This document shows positions 9,202 to 17,661 of a stretch of DNA of 64,000 bases, piece after piece. A model generated the notes under the pieces. That model saw only the letters and a program-made list of their open reading frames with translations. It ran no database searches and was not told the origin of the DNA. The first letter of the stretch is position 1, and every line of letters begins with the position of its first letter. The stretch lies in contig JARGFI010000004.1 of assembly GCA_029210745.1 (NCBI GenBank), positions 8,852-72,851 on the forward strand. Direction: 5' to 3'. This stretch comes from Desulfuromonadales bacterium. Its GTDB lineage: Bacteria > Desulfobacterota > Desulfuromonadia > Desulfuromonadales > JAHYIW01. The position numbers and the translations under genes were made by a program.

Positions 9202-9236
9202 AAACGGCCGGGAGCAATGATGCTTGCCGGCCGTTT
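9202..9236 (+). promoter_or_regulatory. GC-rich intra-operon hairpin between dctP-2 and the small permease gene
   Basis: The stem is AAACGGCCGG-(15 nt loop)-CCGGCCGTTT, followed by gcaggtttt. Confidence 0.45.
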
Positions 9237-9249
9237 GCAGGTTTTGGAG

Positions 9250-9753
9250 ATGCTTAAAAAAATATTTCGCGTTATCGACAGAACCCTGACTTTCGTCGAA
9301 GACTGGACGCTGCTGGTCGCCGTTCTGGCCGCGCTCTTTTCGGCCCTGGCCAATGTCGCCTTACGCAAACTGACCAACGATGTCAATCTTTTCTGGTCAG
9401 ACGAGGTGGTGCGCAAGGTTATCTACTTCAGTACCTATATTGGCTGCGTGGCGGCGATCCGCTCCCGTTCCCTGATCCGCATCGATGCCCTCCCTCAGCT
9501 GCTGCCGTTTTTAAAAAAGCCGTTGACCCTGTTCAGCCACCTGGCGGTCATGGTTTTCGCCGCGATGATGGTCAAGCTGGGGACCACCATGACCATGACC
9601 GTCTATCAGGATGAATACGCCCGCACCGCCACGCTGCAAATTCCCGAATGGTACTTTTATCTGGTTCTGCCGGTCATGGGAGTGATGATGTTTTTGCGGA
9701 CGCTGATCGTCGCCGTGGAAGACTGGCGCGGCAGCGCGCCGGAAACGAAATGA
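9250..9753 (+). CDS. TRAP transporter small permease (DctQ-like)
   Basis: It has four predicted TM helices. The track start (TTG at 9172) would run through the hairpin, so I prefer the ATG at 9250 (MLKKIFRVIDRTL). ATG at 9217 is an alternative. Confidence 0.7.
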   Translation: MLKKIFRVIDRTLTFVEDWTLLVAVLAALFSALANVALRKLTNDVNLFWSDEVVRKVIYFSTYIGCVAAIRSRSLIRIDALPQLLPFLKKPLTLFSHLAVMVFAAMMVKLGTTMTMTVYQDEYARTATLQIPEWYFYLVLPVMGVMMFLRTLIVAVEDWRGSAPETK

Positions 9754-9760
9754 GGGGCTG

Positions 9761-11047
9761 ATGGAGACCAATACCCTGTTGATCATCGCTCTGCTCCTCG
9801 GCTGCCTCGCCACCACCATTCCGGTTTTCATGGCGCTTTTCTTTACCGGGATGGCGGGATTGGTGTTGATCGTCGGGATCGATCCACAGATCGTTATTGA
9901 AGTCCTTTACCGCAGCATGGACAAATTCGCTCTGGTCGTCGTCCTCTTTTTCGTTCTCTGCGGCAACATCATGACCACCGGCACGATCGTTAAAAAACTG
10001 ATCGATACCGCCAACACCCTGGTCGGCTTTCTCCCCGGCGGACTGGCCATGGCGGGGATTCTGGCCTGTGGATTCTTCGGCGCAATCTCCGGATCAACCG
10101 TTGCAACAGTCGTCGCTATCGGCGGATTCATGATCCCGGCACTGATCGAAAATGACTACGATGAGCGCTTCAGCGTCGGCGTAATGACCACCGCGCCGAT
10201 CCTCGGCGTGATTATCCCCCCCTCGATTTCGATGATCCTCTACGCAATGGTCAGCAACGATCCGCTGGAGGCCCTCTTTCTCACCGGTTTTATCCCCGGC
10301 ATCATGATCATGGTCGGGATGTCGCTTTATGCCTGGTTTTACTGCAAGAGCCGTAATTTCAAGCGCGTTGAACGCCCCACTTTGCACACCTTGCTGGCGA
10401 CCATTCGCAACAGCATCTGGGCCTTGTTTCTACCGATTTTGATCTTCGGCGGGATCTATTCCGGCACCTTTACCGCCAACGAAGCCGCGGTTGTCGCCTG
10501 TTTTTACGCCTTCTTCGTCGAATTGTTTATCCATCGCGACATGAAGTTCGCTGATATTCGCAAGGTTGTTGTCTCGTCAGCCGTCACCTCCTCGACGCTG
10601 CTGGTGATTGTCGCCGGCGCTTCGGTTTTCGGCGAGTATCTGACCTTTGAACAAATTCCCGACCAGATTGCCAACGCTGTCGTCAGCAACATTCAGTCGC
10701 CCTGGGTATTTTTGCTGGCGGTCAACTGTCTGCTGCTGGTGATCGGCATGTTCATGGATATTATCTCTGCGACCTTGATCCTGACGCCGATCTTCCTGCC
10801 ATTGCTCTCACGCTTTGGCATTGACACCATGCACTTCGGTCTGCTGATGACCCTTAATCTCGGCATCGGCTACTGTACGCCCCCCCTGGGGGTCAGCCTC
10901 TATATCTCCGGAGCAGTGGTTGATCGTAACCTGATCTATGTATCCAAAGCCGTTATTCCGTTCTTGCTGATTCAGATCGCCATTTTGCTGCTGTTGACAT
11001 ACTTCCCCGACCTGGTCCTGCTGCTGCCGCGACTGGTTTACGGTTGA
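9761..11047 (+). CDS. TRAP transporter large permease (DctM-like)
   Basis: This is a 428-aa polytopic membrane protein with typical DctM composition and position in the operon. Confidence 0.85.
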   Translation: METNTLLIIALLLGCLATTIPVFMALFFTGMAGLVLIVGIDPQIVIEVLYRSMDKFALVVVLFFVLCGNIMTTGTIVKKLIDTANTLVGFLPGGLAMAGILACGFFGAISGSTVATVVAIGGFMIPALIENDYDERFSVGVMTTAPILGVIIPPSISMILYAMVSNDPLEALFLTGFIPGIMIMVGMSLYAWFYCKSRNFKRVERPTLHTLLATIRNSIWALFLPILIFGGIYSGTFTANEAAVVACFYAFFVELFIHRDMKFADIRKVVVSSAVTSSTLLVIVAGASVFGEYLTFEQIPDQIANAVVSNIQSPWVFLLAVNCLLLVIGMFMDIISATLILTPIFLPLLSRFGIDTMHFGLLMTLNLGIGYCTPPLGVSLYISGAVVDRNLIYVSKAVIPFLLIQIAILLLLTYFPDLVLLLPRLVYG

Positions 11048-11066
11048 GCTGGAAGGAGGCCCTCCC

Positions 11067-11492
11067 ATGCGTACCCAGATTCTGGTGCCGGTTAACGATT
11101 CCGACGCTTCGCAACGCACTGTCGCCACAATTATTGCCCAAAAGGAGCGTTTTCCGGTGCCGTTGACACTGCTGCACGTGGTCAATACCGAACAGCTTGC
11201 CTACCGGATGATCCCCGACTTTCAACTGGACATGGTTCAGTCGCGCGCCGAGAGTGCCGGCAATGCCCTCCTTGAAAAATTTCGTCGCCAGCTGGCGGAC
11301 ACCGGAATCAGCACCACCGCCCGCCTGGAAATTGGCAACCCGCGCAAGATCATCCCGCGCATCGCCAATGATGAAGGGTTCAGCCTGCTCATCATCGGCC
11401 GCCGCCACAGCGGAGAAATCCGCGACGTCCTGTTCGGTTCGGTGGCCAACTACGTCCTGCACAACGTTACTTGCCCGGTACTGCTCTTCTAG
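11067..11492 (+). CDS. Universal stress protein (UspA family)
   Basis: It has a GGAAGGAGG RBS and the C-terminal ATP-binding motif IIGRRHSGEIRDVLFGSVANYVLHNVTCPVLLF. Confidence 0.8.
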   Translation: MRTQILVPVNDSDASQRTVATIIAQKERFPVPLTLLHVVNTEQLAYRMIPDFQLDMVQSRAESAGNALLEKFRRQLADTGISTTARLEIGNPRKIIPRIANDEGFSLLIIGRRHSGEIRDVLFGSVANYVLHNVTCPVLLF

Positions 11493-11539
11493 TACCCTGT
11501 AACCCATAATCTTTCGCATCTTGCTTGTTCTTTGCCGGG

Positions 11540-11785
11540 TCAGCGGACTCGATCCGACACCTGCATCAATGTCTTCAACGTCATCCAATGGGTGAAACCA
11601 TAGGTTTCGGCGGTCTCTTCCAGAATATTCCCCAGACGGGTTTTACGATGAATCACCCAGGGGAGATTCATCCAGGTATCGTGCGCTTCTTTATAAATAC
11701 TTTTCAGCGTCGCATCTTCCGGCACGCCATGTTTCTTCAGCAGCGCCTGTGCCTCTTCTCGTGTTCGTTTTTTTAATTCCGACAT
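11540..11785 (-). CDS. Hypothetical small protein (81 aa)
   Basis: It is the only plausible ORF in this interval, with ordinary amino-acid composition. I recognise no family. Confidence 0.4.
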   Translation of the reverse strand: MSELKKRTREEAQALLKKHGVPEDATLKSIYKEAHDTWMNLPWVIHRKTRLGNILEETAETYGFTHWMTLKTLMQVSDRVR

Positions 11786-11978
11786 GCCCTCCCCCTTTGA
11801 GTAAACAGCCTCGTTTGTTCGTTAATTTGACGCCTCCCTTCATTATCACATTTATCTGATATTTTAAAGTCGTTATTTTGGCTGGGTAATATTTTCTGCG
11901 GCGCCGAAGCATTTTGTTGTCGTGAACCCCAAAACACCACAAAAAAGATAAAGAATAATTTTTTAATAAAAAATATTC

Positions 11979-12007
11979 TTTACAATAGTGTGTAGTTTAT
12001 GTATCAT
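11979..12007 (+). promoter_or_regulatory. Candidate sigma70 promoter of cysDN (TTTACA-N17-TATCAT)
   Basis: The -35 hexamer is at 11979-11984 and the -10 hexamer at 12002-12007. An AT-rich near-palindrome at 11951-11980 precedes it. Confidence 0.4.
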
Positions 12008-12146
12008 CAAAACACATCAACCTTATGGTGAATCGGCGGTTTATCTCAGGGGGCATAATCCATGCGCCCCCCGCGGCCATCGGGGTTTATCTGGAGCACT
12101 CCAGCCAGGCCCACCACAACCGCCGGATAACAGCAGGAGTCCCCCC

Positions 12147-12950
12147 ATGTACGAACACCTGGATGAACTGGAGGCGGAATCGATTTACATCTTCCGCGAG
12201 GCTTTCAATAAATTTGACCACCTGGCGATGCTCTACTCGGTCGGCAAAGATTCGACAGTGATGGCACATCTGGTGCGCAAGGCGTTTTTCGGCAAAATAC
12301 CGTTTCCGCTGGTGCACGTCGATACCACCTACAAGTATCCGGAAATGATCGCTTTCCGTGATCGGATGGTAAAGGAGTGGGCCGCGGAGCTGGTCGTCGG
12401 TCGCAACGAGGAGGCGATCGCCGCCGGGATGGGCCCGGAGCAGGGGCGGATGCGTTGCTGCGAAAAACTCAAAAGTGAGGGGCTGGCACAATTGATCGAG
12501 CAACACGATTTCAAAGGCCTTTTTCTCGGCATCCGCCGCGATGAAGAGGGGAGTCGTGCCAAGGAACGGGTCTTCTCGCCGCGCGACAAGAACTCGGAGT
12601 GGGCGTACAAGGATCAGCCGCCGGAGCTCTGGGATCAGTACAACACCAGCTTTTCCGCTGATACCCATGTACGTATCCATCCGATTCTCGGCTGGACCGA
12701 GATCAATATCTGGGAGTATATCGCCCGCGAGAAGATCGAGATCTGCCCGCTTTATTTCGCCGCCGAGGGTAAACGCTTCCGTTCCCTTGGTTGCATGCCC
12801 TGTACCGGGCCGATTGCCTCTACGGCGTCCACTCTGGAAGAAATTATCGCCGAGTTGCGCGTCATTAAAGACCCTGAGCGGGCCGGTCGGGCGCAGGACC
12901 AGGAAAGCGATTACGCGATGCAGAAGCTGCGGGCGAAGGGGTACATGTAG
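12147..12950 (+). CDS. cysD: Sulfate adenylyltransferase subunit 2
   Basis: The track ORF starts at 11988. I prefer the ATG at 12147 after AGGAGT, giving an N-terminus ([18 protein letters not shown]) that aligns with the CysD N-terminus. It has the PP-loop SVGKDS. Confidence 0.9.
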   Translation: MYEHLDELEAESIYIFREAFNKFDHLAMLYSVGKDSTVMAHLVRKAFFGKIPFPLVHVDTTYKYPEMIAFRDRMVKEWAAELVVGRNEEAIAAGMGPEQGRMRCCEKLKSEGLAQLIEQHDFKGLFLGIRRDEEGSRAKERVFSPRDKNSEWAYKDQPPELWDQYNTSFSADTHVRIHPILGWTEINIWEYIAREKIEICPLYFAAEGKRFRSLGCMPCTGPIASTASTLEEIIAELRVIKDPERAGRAQDQESDYAMQKLRAKGYM

Positions 12951-13018
12951 TCCATTCCGGCGCTCCCGTGCGGAAGAGTCAGCAACCCGCCATCTTTCCT
13001 GAAGATAAGGATCAAGCA

Positions 13019-14581
13019 ATGAATTTAAGTGACAGCCTGAAAATAGTTATCGTCGGTCATGTCGACCACGGCAAGTCGACCCTGATCGGTCGCCTGTTAT
13101 TCGATACCGGCTCAATTCCTGAAAAGCGCTATCAGGAGGTCGCCGATACCTGTCGTCGACAGGGGCGACCGTTCGAGTTTGCCTACCTGATGGACGCGCT
13201 GGAGGAGGAACGCGAGCAGAACGTCACTATCGACACCACCCAGACCTTCTTTCAGACCTCAAAGCGCCCCTATGTGATTATCGACGCACCGGGACACAAA
13301 GAGTTTTTGAAAAACATGATTACCGGGGCGGCCTGTGCCGATGCGGCGATTCTGCTCCTCGACGGGATCGAAGGGGTCAGGGAGCAGACCCGTCGGCATG
13401 CCTACGTCCTCTCGTTACTCGGCATCCGGCAGGTGATCGTGGCGGTCAACAAGCTCGACATGGTTGACTTTTGCCGCGAGGTTTTTCAGCAGGCAGAAAA
13501 TGAGATCCGCGCCTTTCTTCATACCCTCGACATCGTTCCCACCTATGTGGTGCCGATCTCGGCACGCTCAGGAGAAAATATTGCTGCCGCGCAAGGGGGC
13601 ACCGTCTGGTACAACGGACCGTCAATCCTCAGCGCCCTCGACACCTTTGAAAATCTGCGTGCCGATACCCGGCTGGCGTTTCGTCTGCCGATTCAAGATG
13701 TGTATAAAGTCGGGACGCGGCGGATCTACGTCGGTCGGGTCGCCACCGGAAGCGTCGAGGTCGGCACTCAGGTCACTTTTCTCCCGTCCGGACGAGCAAC
13801 CAAGGTTAAGTCGATCGAGCGCTGGCCGCAGGGCGGAGCGCAGGTTGCCGGGGCCGGGGAGAGTATTGGTCTCACCTTTGATGAAGAAATTTTTGTGGAG
13901 CGCGGCGAAGTGCTGGCCCCCTCCAACGATTTGCCGATCGTGACCGAGGAAATCAAGGCCGGCGTTTTCTGGCTGGGGAAACGGCCACTACAAAAAGGGG
14001 AGACCTACACCCTGAAACTGGCGACCGCCGAAGGTTCAGCCGTCTGTGTCGATATCGAAGAACGGCTCGATTCGTCTACGCTGGAGGTCATCGAACGCCA
14101 TGCCGCCGAATTGCACGGCAGCGAAAGCGGCACGGTAATCTTTGCCCTGAAAAAGGCAATCGCCGCCGATCTTTATCTGGAAAACGGGCCTCTCGGGCGA
14201 TTTGTTATCGAAGATAATTTCCTCATCGGTGGCGGGGGCACGGTGCGTGACCTGACCGCCGCAGAGGGGAGCCAGAAGGCCCAGGTGATTCGCCTTGACG
14301 ATCATTTCGCCACCGAACCTGACGGCAATATGATCGATTTGACCCGCAGTCGCGGCAGTATCGAGTTTGTCGTCACCGGGCGTTTTGGTGATCGACTGGC
14401 GGCGGGAGAGCGGGTGCTCTTCAAGTTGCGCGGCCCCAAACAGATTGAGCCGGTGGCCCTGCTTGCCTATGAGCACAATTTTTGTTTTACCTTCAGCCGT
14501 GAAGAAGATTTTATCGCCCTGGTGTTGTTCAGCACGGCAAAACCGGCGACGCAGACGGCAGCAGCCGACATCGCAATCTGA
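13019..14581 (+). CDS. cysN: Sulfate adenylyltransferase subunit 1 (GTPase), with an uncharacterised C-terminal tail of about 90 aa
   Basis: I prefer the ATG at 13019 (MNLSDSLKIVIVGHVDHGKSTLIGRLL). G-motifs DAPGH and NKLD are present. There is no APS-kinase domain. Confidence 0.85.
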   Translation: MNLSDSLKIVIVGHVDHGKSTLIGRLLFDTGSIPEKRYQEVADTCRRQGRPFEFAYLMDALEEEREQNVTIDTTQTFFQTSKRPYVIIDAPGHKEFLKNMITGAACADAAILLLDGIEGVREQTRRHAYVLSLLGIRQVIVAVNKLDMVDFCREVFQQAENEIRAFLHTLDIVPTYVVPISARSGENIAAAQGGTVWYNGPSILSALDTFENLRADTRLAFRLPIQDVYKVGTRRIYVGRVATGSVEVGTQVTFLPSGRATKVKSIERWPQGGAQVAGAGESIGLTFDEEIFVERGEVLAPSNDLPIVTEEIKAGVFWLGKRPLQKGETYTLKLATAEGSAVCVDIEERLDSSTLEVIERHAAELHGSESGTVIFALKKAIAADLYLENGPLGRFVIEDNFLIGGGGTVRDLTAAEGSQKAQVIRLDDHFATEPDGNMIDLTRSRGSIEFVVTGRFGDRLAAGERVLFKLRGPKQIEPVALLAYEHNFCFTFSREEDFIALVLFSTAKPATQTAAADIAI

Positions 14582-14585
14582 AAAA

Positions 14586-14609
14586 AGGGGCGCCCGATCG
14601 GGTGCCCCT
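14586..14609 (-). terminator. Palindromic hairpin with a T-run on the minus strand; terminator of the dehydrogenase gene and a barrier for cysN
   Basis: The sequence is AGGGGCGCCCGA/TCGGGTGCCCCT. A6 at 14581-14586 becomes a U-tract on the minus strand. Confidence 0.6.
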
Positions 14610-14637
14610 GGTAAAATCGTCTGACTCAATGTGCCGA

Positions 14638-15504
14638 TTATTTGCGCAAAACCTTGACCACCGCCGAAAAATCCTCCTCGCCGCGACCATCCTTGATGGC
14701 CTGGGCAAAGACCCCGACCACCGCATCAGCGACAGGCAGTTTGAGCCCCGATTGGCTGGCGTCTTCCTGAACCAGCAGCAACTGATCCTGAACGTATTTG
14801 AGGGCGAGATTGCGTGAAAAGTCGCCCCGTGAAATTGAACGCCCCTTGGCGTGAAAAAGTGGCGAGGCCACCCCGCCGGAGTCAAGTACCTCAAGAATTT
14901 TGTCGGCCTTGAAACCAAGTTTTTCACCAAGCACCAACCCTTCCGAGAGGGCAACCATCAACTCGGCCTGAACCAGGTTGACCACAAACTTCATTTTCGT
15001 GGCATCTCCGACATCACCAACATGGATAATGTTTAAACCGAAGAAAGCAAAGGTTTCGCGACAACGGCTGATCAGACTTGAATCCCCGCCGGCAAGGATC
15101 GTCAACAAGCCGTTGGCGGCATGCTCCTTGGTTCCCCACACGGGAGCGTCAAGAAACAGCAGGCGGCGCTGAGCGGCCTGATCAGCGAGTTCCATCGTCG
15201 TTTCCAACGAGTGCGTACCCATGTCAACGAGGACGGTCCCCGGATCGAGCCCCGCCAGTGCCCCGTCAGCACCAGGGAAAATGACCTGAGTCTCATCCGG
15301 GGCGGAAACGATAACAATCACCATGTCCCGCCCCTTGGTGGCCTCGAAAGGGGTCGCTGCGGCGCGTGCCCCAAGCTTGACCAGCTCAGCCACCGCAGCC
15401 GGATTACGATCATAGACTGTCAAATTAAAACTTCCCTTGGTCAGGTTCGCCGCCATATGCTGCCCCACCGTCCCCAGACCGATAAACCCAATCTCTTTAA
15501 TCAT
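14638..15504 (-). CDS. NAD(P)-dependent beta-hydroxyacid dehydrogenase (HIBADH / succinic-semialdehyde-reductase family)
   Basis: It has the N-terminal Rossmann motif IGFIGLGTVGQHMA, HIBADH-family length (288 aa) and a GGGAGGAAG RBS. Confidence 0.8.
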   Translation of the reverse strand: MIKEIGFIGLGTVGQHMAANLTKGSFNLTVYDRNPAAVAELVKLGARAAATPFEATKGRDMVIVIVSAPDETQVIFPGADGALAGLDPGTVLVDMGTHSLETTMELADQAAQRRLLFLDAPVWGTKEHAANGLLTILAGGDSSLISRCRETFAFFGLNIIHVGDVGDATKMKFVVNLVQAELMVALSEGLVLGEKLGFKADKILEVLDSGGVASPLFHAKGRSISRGDFSRNLALKYVQDQLLLVQEDASQSGLKLPVADAVVGVFAQAIKDGRGEEDFSAVVKVLRK

Positions 15505-15755
15505 TATCTTCCTCCCGCAACCGATTAATTTTGAATTCCTCCAAGTCTAGTACGAATATCCTTTAAAACAAGCTAATAATTTTTGCAAGTCCCATCTCCG
15601 CCGACACCTGGCAAATGGAGGGAGCGTTGGACACAACTTATCGGTTCACACCTGCAAGATTGTACCGCTGGCATATTTGAGCGATTATTAACGCCCACAA
15701 AGATGATATATTTTGCGCTATATGCTGCAAAATTAAAAGAAACAAAAAAAATTTC

Positions 15756-15784
15756 TTGACACAGGTCAAAGCTTCGGCTAAAAA
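15756..15784 (+). promoter_or_regulatory. Candidate cyd promoter (TTGACA-N17-TAAAAA) overlapped by the CRP/FNR-type palindrome TTGAC-N4-GTCAA (15756-15769)
   Basis: This is a perfect 5+5 inverted repeat with a 4-nt spacer, resembling the FNR consensus TTGAT-N4-ATCAA. It lies about 110 nt upstream of the first cyd-operon ORF. Confidence 0.35.
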
Positions 15785-15878
15785 AACAAATATTACAAAA
15801 TTTGTCATATTTACTACTAAGTCGCAGCCATGATGGCGTAGCTGCTCGGTGGTGACGAGAACAATCAGGTGCTGACCA

Positions 15879-16103
15879 ATGAAATTCCATCTTTTCGGTA
15901 ACATTTTCAATTTTTATTGTCAGGGGTTTCGTTCCATGCGTCTCGGCCGAACGTTATGGACGATAATCCTGATCAAGCTGGTGGTCCTGGTGGCCCTGGC
16001 CAGGCTGCTCTTTCCGGATCAGATGGAGGAAAATTTTGCAACTGACCAGGCTCGCGCCGCCCATGTTCTTGGGCAACTGACCGTTCGTTCGTCGTCTCAC
16101 TAA
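15879..16103 (+). CDS. DUF4492-like small membrane protein preceding cydA
   Basis: The sequence NFYCQGFRSMRLGRTLWTIILIKLVVLVALARLLFP matches my recollection of the DUF4492 pattern found upstream of cydAB. It has one TM helix. Confidence 0.55.
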   Translation: MKFHLFGNIFNFYCQGFRSMRLGRTLWTIILIKLVVLVALARLLFPDQMEENFATDQARAAHVLGQLTVRSSSH

Positions 16104-16112
16104 CCCTCAGTC

Positions 16113-17660
16113 ATGGAGGCAACCGTGCTGGAACAGATCGATTTTACCCAGGTAAATTGGGCTCGCGCCCAGTTTGCCCTCACCGCCATGTATCACTGGA
16201 TTTTTGTGCCGCTGACCCTGGGACTCTCCTTTTTACTGGCATTCTTCGAGAGTCTTTACGTTAAAACCGGCAACGAGGAATGGAAGCGCATTACCCGCTT
16301 CTGGATGAGCCTTTTCGCCATTAACTTCGCTATTGGCATCGCGACCGGCATTATTATGGAATTTGAGTTTGGCACCAACTGGTCGAACTATTCCTGGATG
16401 GTGGGTGATATTTTTGGTGCACCGTTGGCGATTGAAGGCATTTTTGCTTTTTTCATCGAAGCAACTTTTTTTGCGGTGATGTTTTTCGGCTGGGACCGCG
16501 TGTCCAAAAAAACACACCTCTTCGCCACCTGGATGGTAGCGATCGGTTCCAACCTTTCAGCTTTGTGGATTCTGGTCGCCAACGGCTGGATGCAGTTGCC
16601 GGTCGGCATGACCTTCAATCCCGATTTAGCCCGCTTTGAAATGACCGATTTTGCTGCCGTTCTTTTTTCGCCCGTGGCGATCAGCAAATTCACTCACACC
16701 AGCGCTTCCGGTTTCATGCTCGCGTCCATTTTCGTTGTTGCCGTCAGCTCCTGGTTCCTGCTCAAGCAGCGCCATCTGCAACTGGCCCGGCGCAGTATCC
16801 TCGTGGCAACGGTTTTCGGGCTGATCGCCGGGCTTTTTGTCGCCTTTTCCGGTGACGAAGCGGCTTTCTCCAATGCCCGCTATCAACCGATGAAACTTGC
16901 CGCCATGGAGGCCCTCTATGATGGCGATGTCCCCAGCGGACTGGTGCCGATGGGGATCCTGGATCCAGACAAACAGCCCGGTGACGACCAGGACCCGTTT
17001 CTGGTAAAAGTCGAGGTTCCGGGGGTATTGTCATTGCTGGCTAACCGGATCTGGGGCAGCTTCGTGCCGGGAATCAACGATCTGGTCTACGGCAATCCGC
17101 AGATGAATATCGTCGGCGCTGGCGAGAAGATCGAACGCGGACGCCGCGCAATTGACGCTTTGGGGCGCTACAAGGAGGCGAAAAAAGGGCATGATGAGGT
17201 CGCTATCGCTGAAGCCCTGGCTCAATTCAGAGCGGATCAGGACTATCTCGGTTACGGCTACCTGCAACGTCCCGAGGACATCGTGCCACCGGTCGCCTTA
17301 ACTTTCTACAGCTTCCGCATCATGGTCATTCTCGGTTCGTTGTTACTTGTGGTCATGGCTCTCTTTCTCTACTTCGCCTGGCAAGATCGTATCAGCGAAC
17401 AGCGCTGGTTGCTGCGCATTGGCGTGGTGAGTCTCTTGGGCGCCTATCTCACTTCGGAAATGGGCTGGGTGGTCGCCGAGGTCGGGCGTCAGCCGTGGGC
17501 GATTCAGGGGTTGCTGCCGGTCACGGTGGCTAATTCCAACCTGACCACCGGCACGGTTCAGACCACGTTCTTTCTCTTTTTGCTGATCTTTACCACCTTG
17601 CTGATTGCTGAAATTCGCATCATGCTTAAACAGATTCAACGCGGACCGGAGGATTATTGA
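16113..17660 (+). CDS. cydA: Cytochrome bd ubiquinol oxidase subunit I
   Basis: This 515-aa protein has conserved motifs GWMQLPVG and GWVVAEVGRQPW plus a Q-loop region. Confidence 0.92.
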   Translation: MEATVLEQIDFTQVNWARAQFALTAMYHWIFVPLTLGLSFLLAFFESLYVKTGNEEWKRITRFWMSLFAINFAIGIATGIIMEFEFGTNWSNYSWMVGDIFGAPLAIEGIFAFFIEATFFAVMFFGWDRVSKKTHLFATWMVAIGSNLSALWILVANGWMQLPVGMTFNPDLARFEMTDFAAVLFSPVAISKFTHTSASGFMLASIFVVAVSSWFLLKQRHLQLARRSILVATVFGLIAGLFVAFSGDEAAFSNARYQPMKLAAMEALYDGDVPSGLVPMGILDPDKQPGDDQDPFLVKVEVPGVLSLLANRIWGSFVPGINDLVYGNPQMNIVGAGEKIERGRRAIDALGRYKEAKKGHDEVAIAEALAQFRADQDYLGYGYLQRPEDIVPPVALTFYSFRIMVILGSLLLVVMALFLYFAWQDRISEQRWLLRIGVVSLLGAYLTSEMGWVVAEVGRQPWAIQGLLPVTVANSNLTTGTVQTTFFLFLLIFTTLLIAEIRIMLKQIQRGPEDY

Positions 17661-17661
17661 T

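Noticed and set aside
12025-12261. A 78-aa ORF starting inside the cysD leader and overlapping the cysD start in another frame; possible leader peptide.
   Set aside because: It has no RBS, is too long for an attenuation leader peptide, and has implausible composition. RNA structure explains the leader better.
15600-15700. TGGCA-containing strings (cctGGCAaatgg, gctGGCAtatttgaGC) that look like sigma54 -24/-12 elements upstream of the dehydrogenase and cyd genes.
   Set aside because: The spacing between the GG and GC dinucleotides is 9 rather than 10 nt, or the -12 TTGC element is missing. This is not convincing.
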